Shown here: in pieces, positions 31,867 to 42,926 of the stretch
How positions within the stretch are numbered: the first letter of the stretch is position 1
Layout: each line of letters opens with the position of its first letter
NCBI RefSeq assembly: GCF_965641715.1
Contig: NZ_OZ282453.1
Source: Escherichia coli
Lineage (GTDB): Bacteria; Pseudomonadota; Gammaproteobacteria; Enterobacterales; Enterobacteriaceae
Length of the DNA stretch: 64,000 nucleotides
Reading direction: 5' to 3' (one strand)
The notes under the pieces: model-generated
What the model saw: the letters and a program-made list of their open reading frames with translations, nothing else
What the model was told of the DNA's origin: nothing
Database searches by the model: none
Translations under genes and position numbers: made by a program

Positions 31867-32508
31867 ATGACTGATCAGTCTCATCAGTGCGTCATTATCG
31901 GTATCGCTGGCGCATCGGCTTCCGGCAAGAGTCTTATTGCCAGTACCCTTTATCGTGAATTACGTGAGCAAGTCGGTGATGAACACATCGGCGTAATTCC
32001 CGAAGACTGCTATTACAAAGATCAAAGCCATCTGTCGATGGAAGAACGCGTTAAGACCAACTACGACCATCCCAGCGCGATGGATCACAGCCTGCTGCTT
32101 GAGCATTTACAAGCGTTGAAACGCGGCTCGGCAATTGACCTGCCGGTTTACAGCTATGTTGAACATACGCGTATGAAAGAAACGGTGACGGTTGAGCCGA
32201 AGAAGGTCATCATTCTCGAAGGCATTTTGTTGCTGACGGATGCACGTTTGCGTGACGAACTTAACTTCTCCATTTTCGTTGATACCCCGCTGGATATCTG
32301 CCTGATGCGCCGCATCAAGCGTGACGTTAACGAGCGTGGGCGTTCAATGGATTCCGTGATGGCGCAATATCAAAAAACCGTGCGCCCGATGTTCCTGCAA
32401 TTCATTGAGCCTTCTAAACAATATGCGGACATTATCGTGCCGCGCGGCGGGAAAAACCGCATCGCGATCGATATATTGAAAGCGAAAATAAGTCAGTTCT
32501 TTGAATAA
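31867..32508 (+). CDS. udk: Uridine/cytidine kinase
   Basis: 213-aa product [27 protein letters not shown]... with P-loop; ATG at 31867 inside track ORF 31804-32508. Confidence 0.95.
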
Positions 32509-32599
32509 GCTTGATAAATTGTGTACCGTTCAGTGATAACCTGGTATGCCCTTGACGTAATTGGCGTTAAGGGAGTGATGCGCGAAAGGAGAAAATGCC

Positions 32600-33181
32600 A
32601 TGCGTCTGTGTGACCGAGATATTGAAGCCTGGCTTGATGAAGGCCGTTTGTCGATCAACCCACGTCCGCCAGTGGAGCGTATTAACGGCGCGACGGTGGA
32701 TGTACGCCTGGGCAATAAATTTCGTACCTTCCGTGGTCACACGGCAGCGTTTATCGATCTGAGCGGTCCCAAAGATGAAGTGAGCGCCGCGCTTGACCGC
32801 GTGATGAGCGATGAGATCGTTCTCGACGAGGGCGAGGCGTTCTATCTTCACCCAGGAGAGCTGGCGCTGGCGGTGACGCTGGAGTCGGTGACGCTGCCAG
32901 CCGATCTGGTGGGCTGGCTGGACGGGCGTTCCTCTTTGGCGCGTCTGGGGCTGATGGTGCACGTCACCGCGCACCGCATCGATCCGGGCTGGTCTGGCTG
33001 CATTGTGCTGGAGTTCTACAACTCCGGTAAGCTGCCGCTGGCGCTGCGTCCGGGCATGTTAATTGGTGCGCTGAGCTTTGAGCCGCTTTCCGGCCCGGCG
33101 GCGCGACCTTACAACCGCCGTGAAGATGCGAAGTATCGCAACCAGCAGGGCGCGGTAGCCAGCCGAATCGATAAAGACTAA
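32600..33181 (+). CDS. dcd: dCTP deaminase
   Basis: 193-aa [26 protein letters not shown]...; conserved udk-dcd pair. Confidence 0.95.
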
Positions 33182-33202
33182 TTCAGGCCCATTGAGGATA
33201 CC

Positions 33203-35056
33203 ATGAGACGATTTCTGACGACGCTGATGATACTCCTGGTCGTGCTGGTGGCCGGGTTATCTGCGTTAGTGTTGCTGGTGAATCCGAATGATTTCCGCGA
33301 CTATATGGTCAAGCAAGTTGCTGCACGTAGCGGTTATCAATTGCAGCTCGACGGGCCACTGCGTTGGCACGTCTGGCCGCAGCTTAGTATCCTCTCCGGG
33401 CGAATGTCTCTCACCGCCCAGGGCGCAAGCCAGCCACTGGTTCGCGCCGACAACATGCGTCTGGACGTGGCGCTTTTACCACTACTGAGTCATCAACTGA
33501 GCGTTAAGCAGGTGATGCTAAAAGGGGCAGTGATCCAACTGACGCCGCAGACGGAAGCGGTGCGCAGTGAAGACGCTCCGGTTGCACCGCGCGACAATAC
33601 CTTGCCGGATCTGTCAGACGATCGCGGATGGTCGTTTGATATATCCAGTCTTAAGGTGGCGGACAGCGTTCTGGTGTTCCAGCATGAAGATGACGAGCAG
33701 GTGACAATCCGCAATATCCGCCTGCAAATGGAACAAGATCCCCAACATCGTGGCTCATTTGAGTTCTCCGGGCGGGTTAATCGCGATCAGCGCGATCTCA
33801 CGATATCCCTTAACGGTACGGTAGATGCTTCTGATTATCCGCATGATTTAACGGCGGCTATTGAACAAATTAACTGGCAGTTGCAGGGTGCCGATTTACC
33901 AAAACAAGGTATTCAGGGGCAGGGGAGTTTCCAGGCCCAGTGGCAGGAGTCACATAAACGCCTTTCATTTAACCAAATCAGCTTGACCGCCAATGACAGT
34001 ACGCTGAGCGGGCAAGCACAGGTTACGCTGACAGAGAAACCGGAATGGCAGCTGAGACTGCAATTCCCGCAACTGAATCTTGACAACCTCATCCCGCTTA
34101 ATGAAACCGCGAATGGTGAAAACGGTGCCGCGCAGCAGGGGCAGAGCCAATCAACGTTGCCGCGCCCGGTCATTTCTTCGCGTATTGATGAACCGGCCTA
34201 TCAGGGACTGCAAGGCTTTACGGCTGATATTTTGTTGCAGGCCAGTAACGTGCGCTGGCGCGGAATGAATTTTACAGATGTTGCCACGCAAATGACCAAC
34301 AAGTCGGGTCTGCTGGAAATTACTCAACTACAGGGCAAGCTTAACGGTGGACAGGTTTCACTGCCGGGCACGCTGGACGCGACATCAATAAATCCGCGGA
34401 TAAACTTCCAGCCACGGCTGGAAAACGTTGAGATTGGCACCATTCTGAAGGCGTTTAACTATCCGATTTCGTTGACCGGAAAGATGTCACTGGCTGGTGA
34501 TTTCTCCGGTGCTGACATAGATGCCGACGCATTCCGCCACAACTGGCAAGGACAGGCACATGTCGAAATGGCCGATACGCGCATGGAAGGGATGAACTTC
34601 CAGCAGATGATTCAGCAAGCGGTAGAACGTAATGGTGGTGATGTGAAGGCCGCTGAAAACTTCGATAACGTAACGCGTCTTGACCGCTTTACCACCGATT
34701 TGACGTTGAAGGATGGCGTCGTGACGTTAAACGACATGCAAGGTCAATCGCCTGTGCTGGCGTTGACAGGGGAAGGTATGTTGAATCTGGCAGATCAAAC
34801 CTGCGACACCCAGTTTGATATTCGGGTCGTGGGTGGTTGGAACGGGGAAAGCAAACTGATTGATTTCCTTAAAGAAACGCCAGTACCGCTGCGGGTTTAT
34901 GGCAACTGGCAGCAACTCAATTACAGTCTGCAAGTGGATCAGTTACTGCGCAAACATCTACAGGACGAAGCGAAACGTCGCCTGAATGACTGGGCCGAGC
35001 GGAATAAAGATTCCCGTAATGGCAAAGATGTGAAGAAGTTGCTGGAGAAGATGTAG
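33203..35056 (+). CDS. asmA: Outer-membrane assembly protein AsmA
   Basis: 617-aa ORF with N-terminal TM anchor; conserved position after dcd. Confidence 0.95.
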   Translation: MRRFLTTLMILLVVLVAGLSALVLLVNPNDFRDYMVKQVAARSGYQLQLDGPLRWHVWPQLSILSGRMSLTAQGASQPLVRADNMRLDVALLPLLSHQLSVKQVMLKGAVIQLTPQTEAVRSEDAPVAPRDNTLPDLSDDRGWSFDISSLKVADSVLVFQHEDDEQVTIRNIRLQMEQDPQHRGSFEFSGRVNRDQRDLTISLNGTVDASDYPHDLTAAIEQINWQLQGADLPKQGIQGQGSFQAQWQESHKRLSFNQISLTANDSTLSGQAQVTLTEKPEWQLRLQFPQLNLDNLIPLNETANGENGAAQQGQSQSTLPRPVISSRIDEPAYQGLQGFTADILLQASNVRWRGMNFTDVATQMTNKSGLLEITQLQGKLNGGQVSLPGTLDATSINPRINFQPRLENVEIGTILKAFNYPISLTGKMSLAGDFSGADIDADAFRHNWQGQAHVEMADTRMEGMNFQQMIQQAVERNGGDVKAAENFDNVTRLDRFTTDLTLKDGVVTLNDMQGQSPVLALTGEGMLNLADQTCDTQFDIRVVGGWNGESKLIDFLKETPVPLRVYGNWQQLNYSLQVDQLLRKHLQDEAKRRLNDWAERNKDSRNGKDVKKLLEKM

Positions 35057-35065
35057 GTTACCAGG

Positions 35066-35115
35066 TGACCTGTCCTGTAGGCCTGATAAGACGCGTAAAG
35101 CGTCGCATCAGGCGT
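35066..35115. repeat. REP element downstream of asmA
   Basis: TGTAGGCCTGATAAGACGCG...CGTCGCATCAGGCG palindromic motif. Confidence 0.7.
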
Positions 35116-35507
35116 TCGCGGCGGCACCATTATATTCTGAATATGTAAGATCGAAGGCTGTTCCGTTCACTTGATGTTCCTCACTACTATGGAACGCTCA
35201 AGCCGGTGAACGTGCCAGGGTGGCTCAATCGCCACCACCCTGGCAACCCGGGCTCCCGGCGGTAAATCGCCGCTGGCGCGGTTCCCTCATCTTATTCCTT
35301 TCGGCTATCGGGTACGGGCGCGAGGTAACATCCCTGTAAAACGCGCCCTCAGCCCACATCCGTGTGGGCTGCCCCGGCCTACAGGAAACGATTCGGCGAT
35401 TTACAGCCGGACCCACACCCCCGCTGTAATGTCCATGTACCATAGACAACGCTTCATTGCTGAAGTTATAAGGCGTTACGCAGCATCGGGTAAAATGACC
35501 GATACCA

Positions 35508-37091
35508 TCACACCTCGTACTCCATCTCGCCATCCTTACGCAGCGGTATAATCTGCACCTTCTGCACGCGATGGCTTTCTACCTGCAACGTTTTAAGCAA
35601 ATAATCCCCCACCTGAACTTCTTCGCCAGGTTTTGGAATACGCTGCAAATATTCCATCAATAGCCCGGCAATGGTGTGATATTCACGTTTTTCATCCAGC
35701 GGCAGCGGCACATATTGCACCAGATCTTCCAGCGGCATATGACCATTCGCCGTCCAGGAACCGTCCGCATTCTTCTGAATATCATGGCGGGCGTCGATCT
35801 CTTCCACTTCGTTCGGTAAGTTACCGGCAATGGTTTCAGTGACGTCACTTAATGTCACAATCCCTTCCACCGAGCCAAACTCATCCACCACAAAAGCAAA
35901 GTGCGTGCGGGCATTACGGAACTGCTCCAGGGCAGGTAACAACGGCAAGGTTTCCGGGAACACCAGCGGCTGGCGAATCAACACCCGCAGGTTGAGCGGT
36001 TCGCCGCGCAGAGACTGTTGTAGCAGGTCGATAACGTGAACAACACCGAGCAAATCTTCTGCGTCATCACCGTCGGTAACCACCAGCCGCGTATGCTGAT
36101 TTCGCTCCAGCAACTGGCGGATTTCTTCTTCCGGCGCGTTGAGATCGATATGCTCAATATCGTGGCGCGACGTCATAATGCTGCTGACGGTACGCTGGTT
36201 AAGATTAAGTACCCGCTCAATCATCCGCCGTTCCTGCGGATTAAAGATCTGCTGGTTACCATGATCCACCAGCATGGACGCGGTTTCGGCGTCCAGTTCC
36301 GCATCTTCTTTTTGCCCGCTAAGCAGGCGCATTACCGCTTCGGTAGTCCGCTGGCGTAGCGTCTGGTTAGCGGAAAGAAAACGTCGCCGGTTAAAGATAG
36401 CCAACTGATTGAGCGCCTCGATCATCACCGAGAAACCAATAGCAGCGTACAGGTAGCCTTTCGGAATGACGAAGCCGAAACCTTCTGCCACCAGGCTAAA
36501 GCCAATCATCAACAGGAAGCTTAAGCAGAGAATAACGATGGTCGGGTGACTGTTAACAAATTGCGTTAACGGCTTGCTGGCCATCAACATCAGGCTGATA
36601 GCGATAACCACGGCGGCCATCATGACCAGTAAATGGTCGACCATCCCGACGGCGGTAATCACTGAGTCGAGTGAGAAGATGGCGTCCAGTACCACAATTT
36701 GCGTCACCACGCCCCAGAACTTCGCACCTTTGCGTTGTGTGGGATTATTGCTGTCTTTCCCTTCCAGCCGTTCGTTCAGCTCCATCGTGGCTTTGAACAA
36801 CAGGAAGAAACCACCAAACAGCATGATTAAGTCGCGGGCGCTAAAGGTAAACGAGCGGAAGCTGAACAGCGGTTGAGTCAGGGTGACCAGCCAGGAGATT
36901 GACGCCAGCAGTAACAGGCGCATTAACATCGCCAGCAGCAGCCCGGTAACCCGTGCGCGGTCGCGCTGCTTCGGCGGTAGTTTTTCGGCGAGGATGGCAA
37001 TAAAGACCAGGTTATCAATGCCGAGGACCAGTTCGATCACAATCAGCGTGATTAACCCGGCCCAGATAGACGGATCGGCAATCCATTCCAT
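35508..37091 (-). CDS. yegH: TerC-family membrane protein with CBS-pair and CorC/HlyC C-terminal domains (YegH)
   Basis: 527-aa product starting [33 protein letters not shown]... inside the longer track ORF 35508-37157. Confidence 0.9.
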   Translation of the reverse strand: MEWIADPSIWAGLITLIVIELVLGIDNLVFIAILAEKLPPKQRDRARVTGLLLAMLMRLLLLASISWLVTLTQPLFSFRSFTFSARDLIMLFGGFFLLFKATMELNERLEGKDSNNPTQRKGAKFWGVVTQIVVLDAIFSLDSVITAVGMVDHLLVMMAAVVIAISLMLMASKPLTQFVNSHPTIVILCLSFLLMIGFSLVAEGFGFVIPKGYLYAAIGFSVMIEALNQLAIFNRRRFLSANQTLRQRTTEAVMRLLSGQKEDAELDAETASMLVDHGNQQIFNPQERRMIERVLNLNQRTVSSIMTSRHDIEHIDLNAPEEEIRQLLERNQHTRLVVTDGDDAEDLLGVVHVIDLLQQSLRGEPLNLRVLIRQPLVFPETLPLLPALEQFRNARTHFAFVVDEFGSVEGIVTLSDVTETIAGNLPNEVEEIDARHDIQKNADGSWTANGHMPLEDLVQYVPLPLDEKREYHTIAGLLMEYLQRIPKPGEEVQVGDYLLKTLQVESHRVQKVQIIPLRKDGEMEYEV

Positions 37092-37540
37092 AGTAAGTAC
37101 AAAACCTATTCGTTGTATGACAAATGTCACAATTCGATCATGGATAAATCGGGGCAAAAATGCAATGTTGCAGCACTATTTATCTCATATTATTTGAGGG
37201 TAATAACCTCACATTATCCCTGAATTAAAAGTGGTAATAATAAAACATTATTTAAGAAATATCGCATGTGGAGACGCAATATTAAATATTGTCAACATAA
37301 AGAAACTCCTAAAAACCATATTGAATGACACTTAATATAATTCTTAAAAATAGCCAATTGCCGAATTGTTACCTTGCCTGCTATTCCGTTAGCTGTAACA
37401 CTTCCTCCTGCATTATTGGAGAGCCAATATTCAATTACCATAATGTCACCTTATATTCGGAAGTTAATTTCCGCAATAACCCTTTCTCATCAACGACTGT
37501 ATGTTGAGAGGGTTTTAAAAATTAAGCTAAATCAGTGTAT

Positions 37541-37571
37541 TGGTAGCTAAAAAGCCAGGGGCGGTAGCGTG
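37541..37571 (+). promoter_or_regulatory. JUMPstart element with ops site (GGCGGTAGCGTG) in the wza leader; RfaH-dependent antitermination signal
   Basis: TGGTAGCTAAAAAGCCAGGGGCGGTAGCGTG about 180 nt upstream of wza; exact match to ops consensus GGCGGTAGnnTG. Confidence 0.75.
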
Positions 37572-37749
37572 TCTGGATGCCTGAAAGACCAGTCTGAATT
37601 ATTCTGTCAATAGCCTGCGGATGAAATCAATTTTTTTAGGACTGATGCCAGTTAAATTTTTATTCAATTAACTGCAAGGTAAATGTGCATGGCGACATTG
37701 CTATTAATAGTGCACAGGATAATTACTCTGCCAAAGTGATAAATAAACA

Positions 37750-38889
37750 ATGATGAAATCCAAAATGAAATTGATGCCATTATTGGTGTCAGTAACCTTG
37801 ATAAGCGGTTGCACAGTACTTCCGGGCAGCAATATGTCGACGATGGGTAAAGACGTCATCAAACAGCAGGACGCTGATTTCGATCTCGACAAAATGGTGA
37901 ATGTTTATCCGTTGACCCCGCGCCTGATTGATCAATTACGTCCACGACCCAACGTAGCGCGCCCCAATATGACGCTGGAAAGTGAGATCGCGAATTACCA
38001 GTATCGCGTCGGGCCGGGGGACGTTCTGAATGTCACCGTCTGGGATCACCCGGAACTCACCACGCCAGCCGGTCAGTACCGCAGCTCCAGCGACACCGGC
38101 AACTGGGTACAGCCTGACGGCACTATGTTTTACCCGTATATCGGCAAGGTTCACGTAGTCGGGAAAACGCTCGCTGAAATCCGCAGTGATATTACCGGGC
38201 GCTTAGCGACGTACATCGCTGACCCGCAGGTGGACGTTAATATCGCCGCCTTCCGCTCGCAAAAAGCCTATATCTCCGGCCAGGTGAATAAATCCGGTCA
38301 ACAGGCGATCACCAACGTGCCACTGACCATTCTCGACGCCATCAACGCCGCAGGTGGCCTGACCGACACCGCTGACTGGCGCAACGTGGTGCTAACACAC
38401 AATGGTCGTGAAGAGCGTATTTCTTTGCAGGCGCTGATGCAAAACGGCGACCTCAACCAGAATCGACTGCTTTACCCCGGCGATATTCTCTACGTGCCGC
38501 GTAATGATGATCTGAAAGTATTTGTGATGGGTGAAGTGAAGAAACAGAGCACCCTGAAAATGGACTTTAGCGGCATGACCCTGACTGAAGCCCTGGGCAA
38601 TGCTGAAGGCATCGACATGACCACCTCCAACGCCAGCGGCATCTTTGTCATTCGTCCGCTGAAAGGCGAGGGCGGGCGTAACGGCAAGATTGCCAATATC
38701 TACCAGCTGGATATGTCCGATGCCACGTCGCTGGTGATGGCGACAGAATTCCGCCTGCAACCTTATGACGTGGTGTATGTCACCACCGCCCCGGTTTCCC
38801 GCTGGAACCGTCTGATCAATCAGTTGCTGCCAACTATTAGCGGTGTCCGTTACATGACGGATACAGCCAGCGACATTCATAACTGGTAA
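37750..38889 (+). CDS. wza: Outer-membrane polysaccharide export lipoprotein Wza
   Basis: 379-aa ORF with lipoprotein signal (LISGCTV); first gene of colanic acid cluster. Confidence 0.95.
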   Translation: MMKSKMKLMPLLVSVTLISGCTVLPGSNMSTMGKDVIKQQDADFDLDKMVNVYPLTPRLIDQLRPRPNVARPNMTLESEIANYQYRVGPGDVLNVTVWDHPELTTPAGQYRSSSDTGNWVQPDGTMFYPYIGKVHVVGKTLAEIRSDITGRLATYIADPQVDVNIAAFRSQKAYISGQVNKSGQQAITNVPLTILDAINAAGGLTDTADWRNVVLTHNGREERISLQALMQNGDLNQNRLLYPGDILYVPRNDDLKVFVMGEVKKQSTLKMDFSGMTLTEALGNAEGIDMTTSNASGIFVIRPLKGEGGRNGKIANIYQLDMSDATSLVMATEFRLQPYDVVYVTTAPVSRWNRLINQLLPTISGVRYMTDTASDIHNW

Positions 38890-38894
38890 TCGTC

Positions 38895-39338
38895 ATGTTT
38901 AACAACATCTTAGTTGTCTGTGTCGGCAATATTTGCCGTTCCCCGACGGCGGAACGCTTACTGCAACGTTATCACCCGGAGCTGAAAGTGGAGTCCGCTG
39001 GACTCGGCGCGCTGGTCGGTAAGGGCGCTGATCCTACCGCCATCAGCGTTGCCGCAGAGCATCAACTGTCTCTGGAAGGTCACTGTGCACGGCAAATCAG
39101 CCGCCGCCTGTGTCGCAACTATGACCTGATTTTGACCATGGAAAAGCGCCATATCGAACGCTTATGCGAGATGGCACCTGAGATGCGCGGCAAAGTGATG
39201 CTGTTTGGTCACTGGGATAACGAATGTGAAATCCCCGATCCGTATCGCAAAAGCCGGGAAACGTTTGCAGCGGTGTACACATTACTTGAACGGTCTGCCC
39301 GCCAGTGGGCGCAGGCATTGAACGCAGAGCAGGTATAA
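38895..39338 (+). CDS. wzb: Low-molecular-weight protein-tyrosine phosphatase Wzb
   Basis: 147-aa ORF with CX5R P-loop (VCVGNICRS). Confidence 0.95.
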   Translation: MFNNILVVCVGNICRSPTAERLLQRYHPELKVESAGLGALVGKGADPTAISVAAEHQLSLEGHCARQISRRLCRNYDLILTMEKRHIERLCEMAPEMRGKVMLFGHWDNECEIPDPYRKSRETFAAVYTLLERSARQWAQALNAEQV

Positions 39339-39340
39339 GA

Positions 39341-41503
39341 ATGACAGAAAAAGTAAAACAACATGCCGCTCCGGTAACGGGCAGTGATGAAATCGATATT
39401 GGTCGCCTGGTCGGCACCGTCATTGAAGCGCGCTGGTGGGTGATTGGCATCACCGCTGTATTTGCCGTCTGTGCCGTGGTTTACACCTTCTTCGCCACGC
39501 CGATTTATAGTGCCGACGCACTGGTACAAATCGAGCAAAACAGCGGCAATTCGTTAGTACAGGATATCGGCTCGGCATTAGCCAACAAACCGCCTGCATC
39601 GGACGCCGAGATCCAGTTGATTCGTTCGCGTCTGGTGCTTGGTAAAACGGTGGACGATCTCGACCTCGATATTGCGGTGAGCAAAAACACGTTCCCGATT
39701 TTCGGGGCGGGCTGGGATCGCCTGATGGGACGGCAGAACGAGACGGTGAAAGTGACTACCTTTAACCGCCCGAAAGAGATGGCGGATCAGGTGTTTACGC
39801 TTAATGTGCTGGACGATAAAAACTACACCCTGAGCAGTGATGGCGGCTTTAGCGCCCGTGGGCAAGCGGGCCAGATACTGAAAAAAGAAGGCGTCACGCT
39901 GATGGTTGAAGTCATTCACGCCAGCCCGGGCAGTGAGTTTACCATCACCAAATACTCCACGCTGGGGATGATCAACCAACTGCAAAACAGCCTGACGGTA
40001 ACGGAGAACGGCAAAGACGCAGGCGTACTGAGCCTGACTTATACCGGTGAAGATCGCGAACAGATCCGCGACATTCTTAACAGCATCGCCCGTAACTATC
40101 AGGAACAAAATATTGAGCGCAAATCGGCGGAAGCGTCGAAAAGCCTCGCTTTCCTCGCGCAACAGTTACCGGAAGTACGTAGCCGCCTTGATGTTGCCGA
40201 AAACAAACTGAATGCCTACCGTCAGGATAAAGATTCTGTTGATCTGCCGCTGGAAGCGAAAGCGGTGCTCGATTCGATGGTGAACATCGACGCGCAGTTG
40301 AACGAACTGACCTTTAAAGAAGCGGAAATCTCCAAGCTGTACACCAAAGTTCACCCGGCGTACCGCACGCTGCTGGAGAAACGGCAGGCGCTGGAAGACG
40401 AAAAAGCCAAACTTAATGGTCGCGTAACGGCGATGCCGAAAACCCAGCAGGAAATTGTGCGTCTGACCCGCGATGTCGAGTCTGGTCAGCAGGTCTATAT
40501 GCAACTGCTGAATAAAGAGCAGGAGCTGAAAATCACCGAGGCCAGCACCGTCGGCGATGTGCGCATTGTTGACCCGGCAATCACCCAGCCTGGCGTGCTA
40601 AAACCGAAGAAAGTGCTGATTATCCTTGGGGCGATTATCCTTGGTCTGATGCTCTCTATCGTGGGTGTGCTGCTGCGCTCGTTGTTTAATCGCGGTATCG
40701 AAAGCCCGCAAGTGCTGGAAGAACACGGTATCAGCGTCTATGCCAGCATCCCGCTGTCGGAATGGCAGAAAGCGCGCGATAGCGTCAAAACCATCAAAGG
40801 AGTTAAACGCTATAAACAGAGCCAGCTACTGGCGGTGGGGAATCCAACCGATCTGGCGATTGAAGCCATCCGCAGTCTGCGTACCAGTCTGCACTTCGCG
40901 ATGATGCAGGCGCAGAACAATGTGTTGATGATGACCGGGGTTAGCCCGTCAATCGGTAAAACCTTTGTCTGCGCCAACCTGGCGGCGGTGATCAGCCAGA
41001 CCAATAAACGGGTGTTGTTGATCGACTGCGATATGCGCAAAGGCTACACCCATGAGCTGTTGGGCACTAATAACGTCAATGGCCTGTCGGAAATTCTGAT
41101 TGGTCAGGGCGATATTACTACCGCTGCTAAACCGACCTCGATTGCCAAATTTGACCTGATCCCGCGCGGTCAGGTACCGCCAAATCCTTCTGAACTGTTG
41201 ATGAGCGAACGCTTTGCCGAACTGGTGAACTGGGCGAGTAAAAACTATGACCTGGTGTTGATTGATACGCCGCCGATTCTGGCAGTGACCGATGCGGCAA
41301 TTGTTGGTCGTCATGTCGGAACCACGTTAATGGTGGCTCGTTATGCGGTCAACACATTGAAAGAAGTGGAAACCAGTCTGAGCCGCTTTGAGCAAAACGG
41401 TATTCCGGTGAAAGGGGTGATTCTGAACTCCATCTTCCGCCGCGCCAGCGCGTATCAGGATTATGGCTATTACGAATACGAATATAAGTCGGATGCGAAA
41501 TAA
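39341..41503 (+). CDS. wzc: Tyrosine autokinase / polysaccharide co-polymerase Wzc
   Basis: 720-aa product starting MTEKVKQHAAPVTGSDEIDIGRLV; Walker A (GVSPSIGKT) and C-terminal Tyr-rich tail (YQDYGYYEYEY); ATG at 39341 inside track ORF 39305-41503. Confidence 0.95.
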   Translation: MTEKVKQHAAPVTGSDEIDIGRLVGTVIEARWWVIGITAVFAVCAVVYTFFATPIYSADALVQIEQNSGNSLVQDIGSALANKPPASDAEIQLIRSRLVLGKTVDDLDLDIAVSKNTFPIFGAGWDRLMGRQNETVKVTTFNRPKEMADQVFTLNVLDDKNYTLSSDGGFSARGQAGQILKKEGVTLMVEVIHASPGSEFTITKYSTLGMINQLQNSLTVTENGKDAGVLSLTYTGEDREQIRDILNSIARNYQEQNIERKSAEASKSLAFLAQQLPEVRSRLDVAENKLNAYRQDKDSVDLPLEAKAVLDSMVNIDAQLNELTFKEAEISKLYTKVHPAYRTLLEKRQALEDEKAKLNGRVTAMPKTQQEIVRLTRDVESGQQVYMQLLNKEQELKITEASTVGDVRIVDPAITQPGVLKPKKVLIILGAIILGLMLSIVGVLLRSLFNRGIESPQVLEEHGISVYASIPLSEWQKARDSVKTIKGVKRYKQSQLLAVGNPTDLAIEAIRSLRTSLHFAMMQAQNNVLMMTGVSPSIGKTFVCANLAAVISQTNKRVLLIDCDMRKGYTHELLGTNNVNGLSEILIGQGDITTAAKPTSIAKFDLIPRGQVPPNPSELLMSERFAELVNWASKNYDLVLIDTPPILAVTDAAIVGRHVGTTLMVARYAVNTLKEVETSLSRFEQNGIPVKGVILNSIFRRASAYQDYGYYEYEYKSDAK

Positions 41504-41509
41504 CGACGC

Positions 41510-41560
41510 CTGCATTCGCACCGCCCCGTAGGCCGGATAAGGCGCTCACGCCGCATCCGG
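41510..41560. repeat. REP element between wzc and wcaA
   Basis: GCCGGATAAGGCGCTCACGCCGCATCCGGC palindrome. Confidence 0.7.
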
Positions 41561-41595
41561 CAAGCAAACCAGCTCATAAGCCGGGAGTACAACCT

Positions 41596-42435
41596 ATGAA
41601 AGACAATCCGCTGATCTCAATCTATATGCCAACCTGGAACCGCCAACAACTGGCGATTCGGGCGATAAAATCGGTCCTGCGCCAGGACTACAGCAACTGG
41701 GAGATGATCATCGTGGATGATTGCTCCACCTCCTGGGAACAACTGCAACAGTACGTCAGCGCCCTCAACGATCCGCGTATCACCTACATTCACAACGACA
41801 TTAACAGCGGGGCGTGCGCGGTACGTAACCAGGCGATTATGCTGGCGCAAGGGGAATATATCACCGGGATTGATGACGATGACGAATGGACACCCAACCG
41901 TCTGAGCGTCTTCCTCGCCCATAAACAGCAACTGGTCACTCACGCCTTTTTGTACGCTAACGACTACGTATGCCAGGGAGAAGTTTATTCCCAACCGGCA
42001 AGCTTACCACTGTATCCCAAATCGCCGTACTCACGCCGCCTGTTCTATAAACGCAATATCATTGGCAATCAGGTCTTTACCTGGGCATGGCGTTTCAAAG
42101 AGTGTTTGTTCGATACCGAACTGAAAGCGGCACAGGATTACGACATCTTCCTGCGGATGGTGGTGGAGTATGGCGAACCGTGGAAAGTGGAAGAGGCGAC
42201 GCAGATCCTGCATATCAATCACGGCGAAATGCAGATCACCTCGTCACCGAAAAAATTCTCCGGATACTTCCACTTTTACCGCAAGCACAAAGACAAATTT
42301 GACCGCGCCAGCAAAAAATATCAGCTGTTTACCCTCTACCAGATCCGCAATAAACGCATGACCTGGCGCACTTTGCTGACGCTGCTGTCGGTGCGTAACG
42401 GCAAACGTCTGGCTGATGGTATTCGGGGGCGCTAA
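41596..42435 (+). CDS. wcaA: Colanic acid glycosyltransferase WcaA (GT2)
   Basis: 279-aa ORF; position and size match K-12 wcaA. Confidence 0.9.
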   Translation: MKDNPLISIYMPTWNRQQLAIRAIKSVLRQDYSNWEMIIVDDCSTSWEQLQQYVSALNDPRITYIHNDINSGACAVRNQAIMLAQGEYITGIDDDDEWTPNRLSVFLAHKQQLVTHAFLYANDYVCQGEVYSQPASLPLYPKSPYSRRLFYKRNIIGNQVFTWAWRFKECLFDTELKAAQDYDIFLRMVVEYGEPWKVEEATQILHINHGEMQITSSPKKFSGYFHFYRKHKDKFDRASKKYQLFTLYQIRNKRMTWRTLLTLLSVRNGKRLADGIRGR

Positions 42436-42437
42436 AG

Positions 42438-42926
42438 ATGCTGGAAGATCTGCGCGCCAACAGCTGGAGTTTACGCCCGTGCTGCATGGTTCTTGCCTAT
42501 CGTGTTGCTCATTTTTGTTCGGTGTGGCGCAAAAAGAACGTCCTCAACAATCTGTGGGCGGCCCCGCTGCTGGTGCTGTATCGCATTATCACCGAATGCT
42601 TTTTCGGTTATGAAATCCAGGCAGCCGCAACCATTGGCCGCCGCTTTACTATCCATCACGGTTACGCCGTAGTGATCAATAAAAACGTGGTTGCGGGGGA
42701 TGATTTCACCATTCGCCACGGCGTCACTATCGGCAATCGGGGTGCCGATAACATGGCATGTCCACACATTGGCAACGGCGTCGAACTCGGTGCCAACGTC
42801 ATTATTCTTGGTGATATCACGCTTGGTAACAACGTCACCGTGGGCGCGGGCAGCGTGGTGCTCGACTCTGTCCCGGACAACGCGCTGGTGGTGGGAGAAA
42901 AAGCGCGAGTGAAGGTAATCAAATGA
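42438..42926 (+). CDS. wcaB: Colanic acid O-acetyltransferase WcaB (hexapeptide repeat)
   Basis: 162-aa ORF with left-handed beta-helix hexapeptide repeats. Confidence 0.9.
   Translation: MLEDLRANSWSLRPCCMVLAYRVAHFCSVWRKKNVLNNLWAAPLLVLYRIITECFFGYEIQAAATIGRRFTIHHGYAVVINKNVVAGDDFTIRHGVTIGNRGADNMACPHIGNGVELGANVIILGDITLGNNVTVGAGSVVLDSVPDNALVVGEKARVKVIK

Noticed and set aside
35225-35533. 102-aa minus-strand ORF in the asmA-yegH spacer
   Set aside because: Overlaps the yegH 3' end, has no SD, and has a Gly/Arg/Pro-rich low-complexity translation; probably a chance frame in GC-rich hairpin DNA (the region itself is still reported as a finding).
37200-37330. Possible RcsAB box (TAAGAAATATCGCA-like) upstream of wza
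   Set aside because: Only about 9/14 match to the consensus as I recall it, and the region is AT-rich so chance matches are likely; not reported as a feature.
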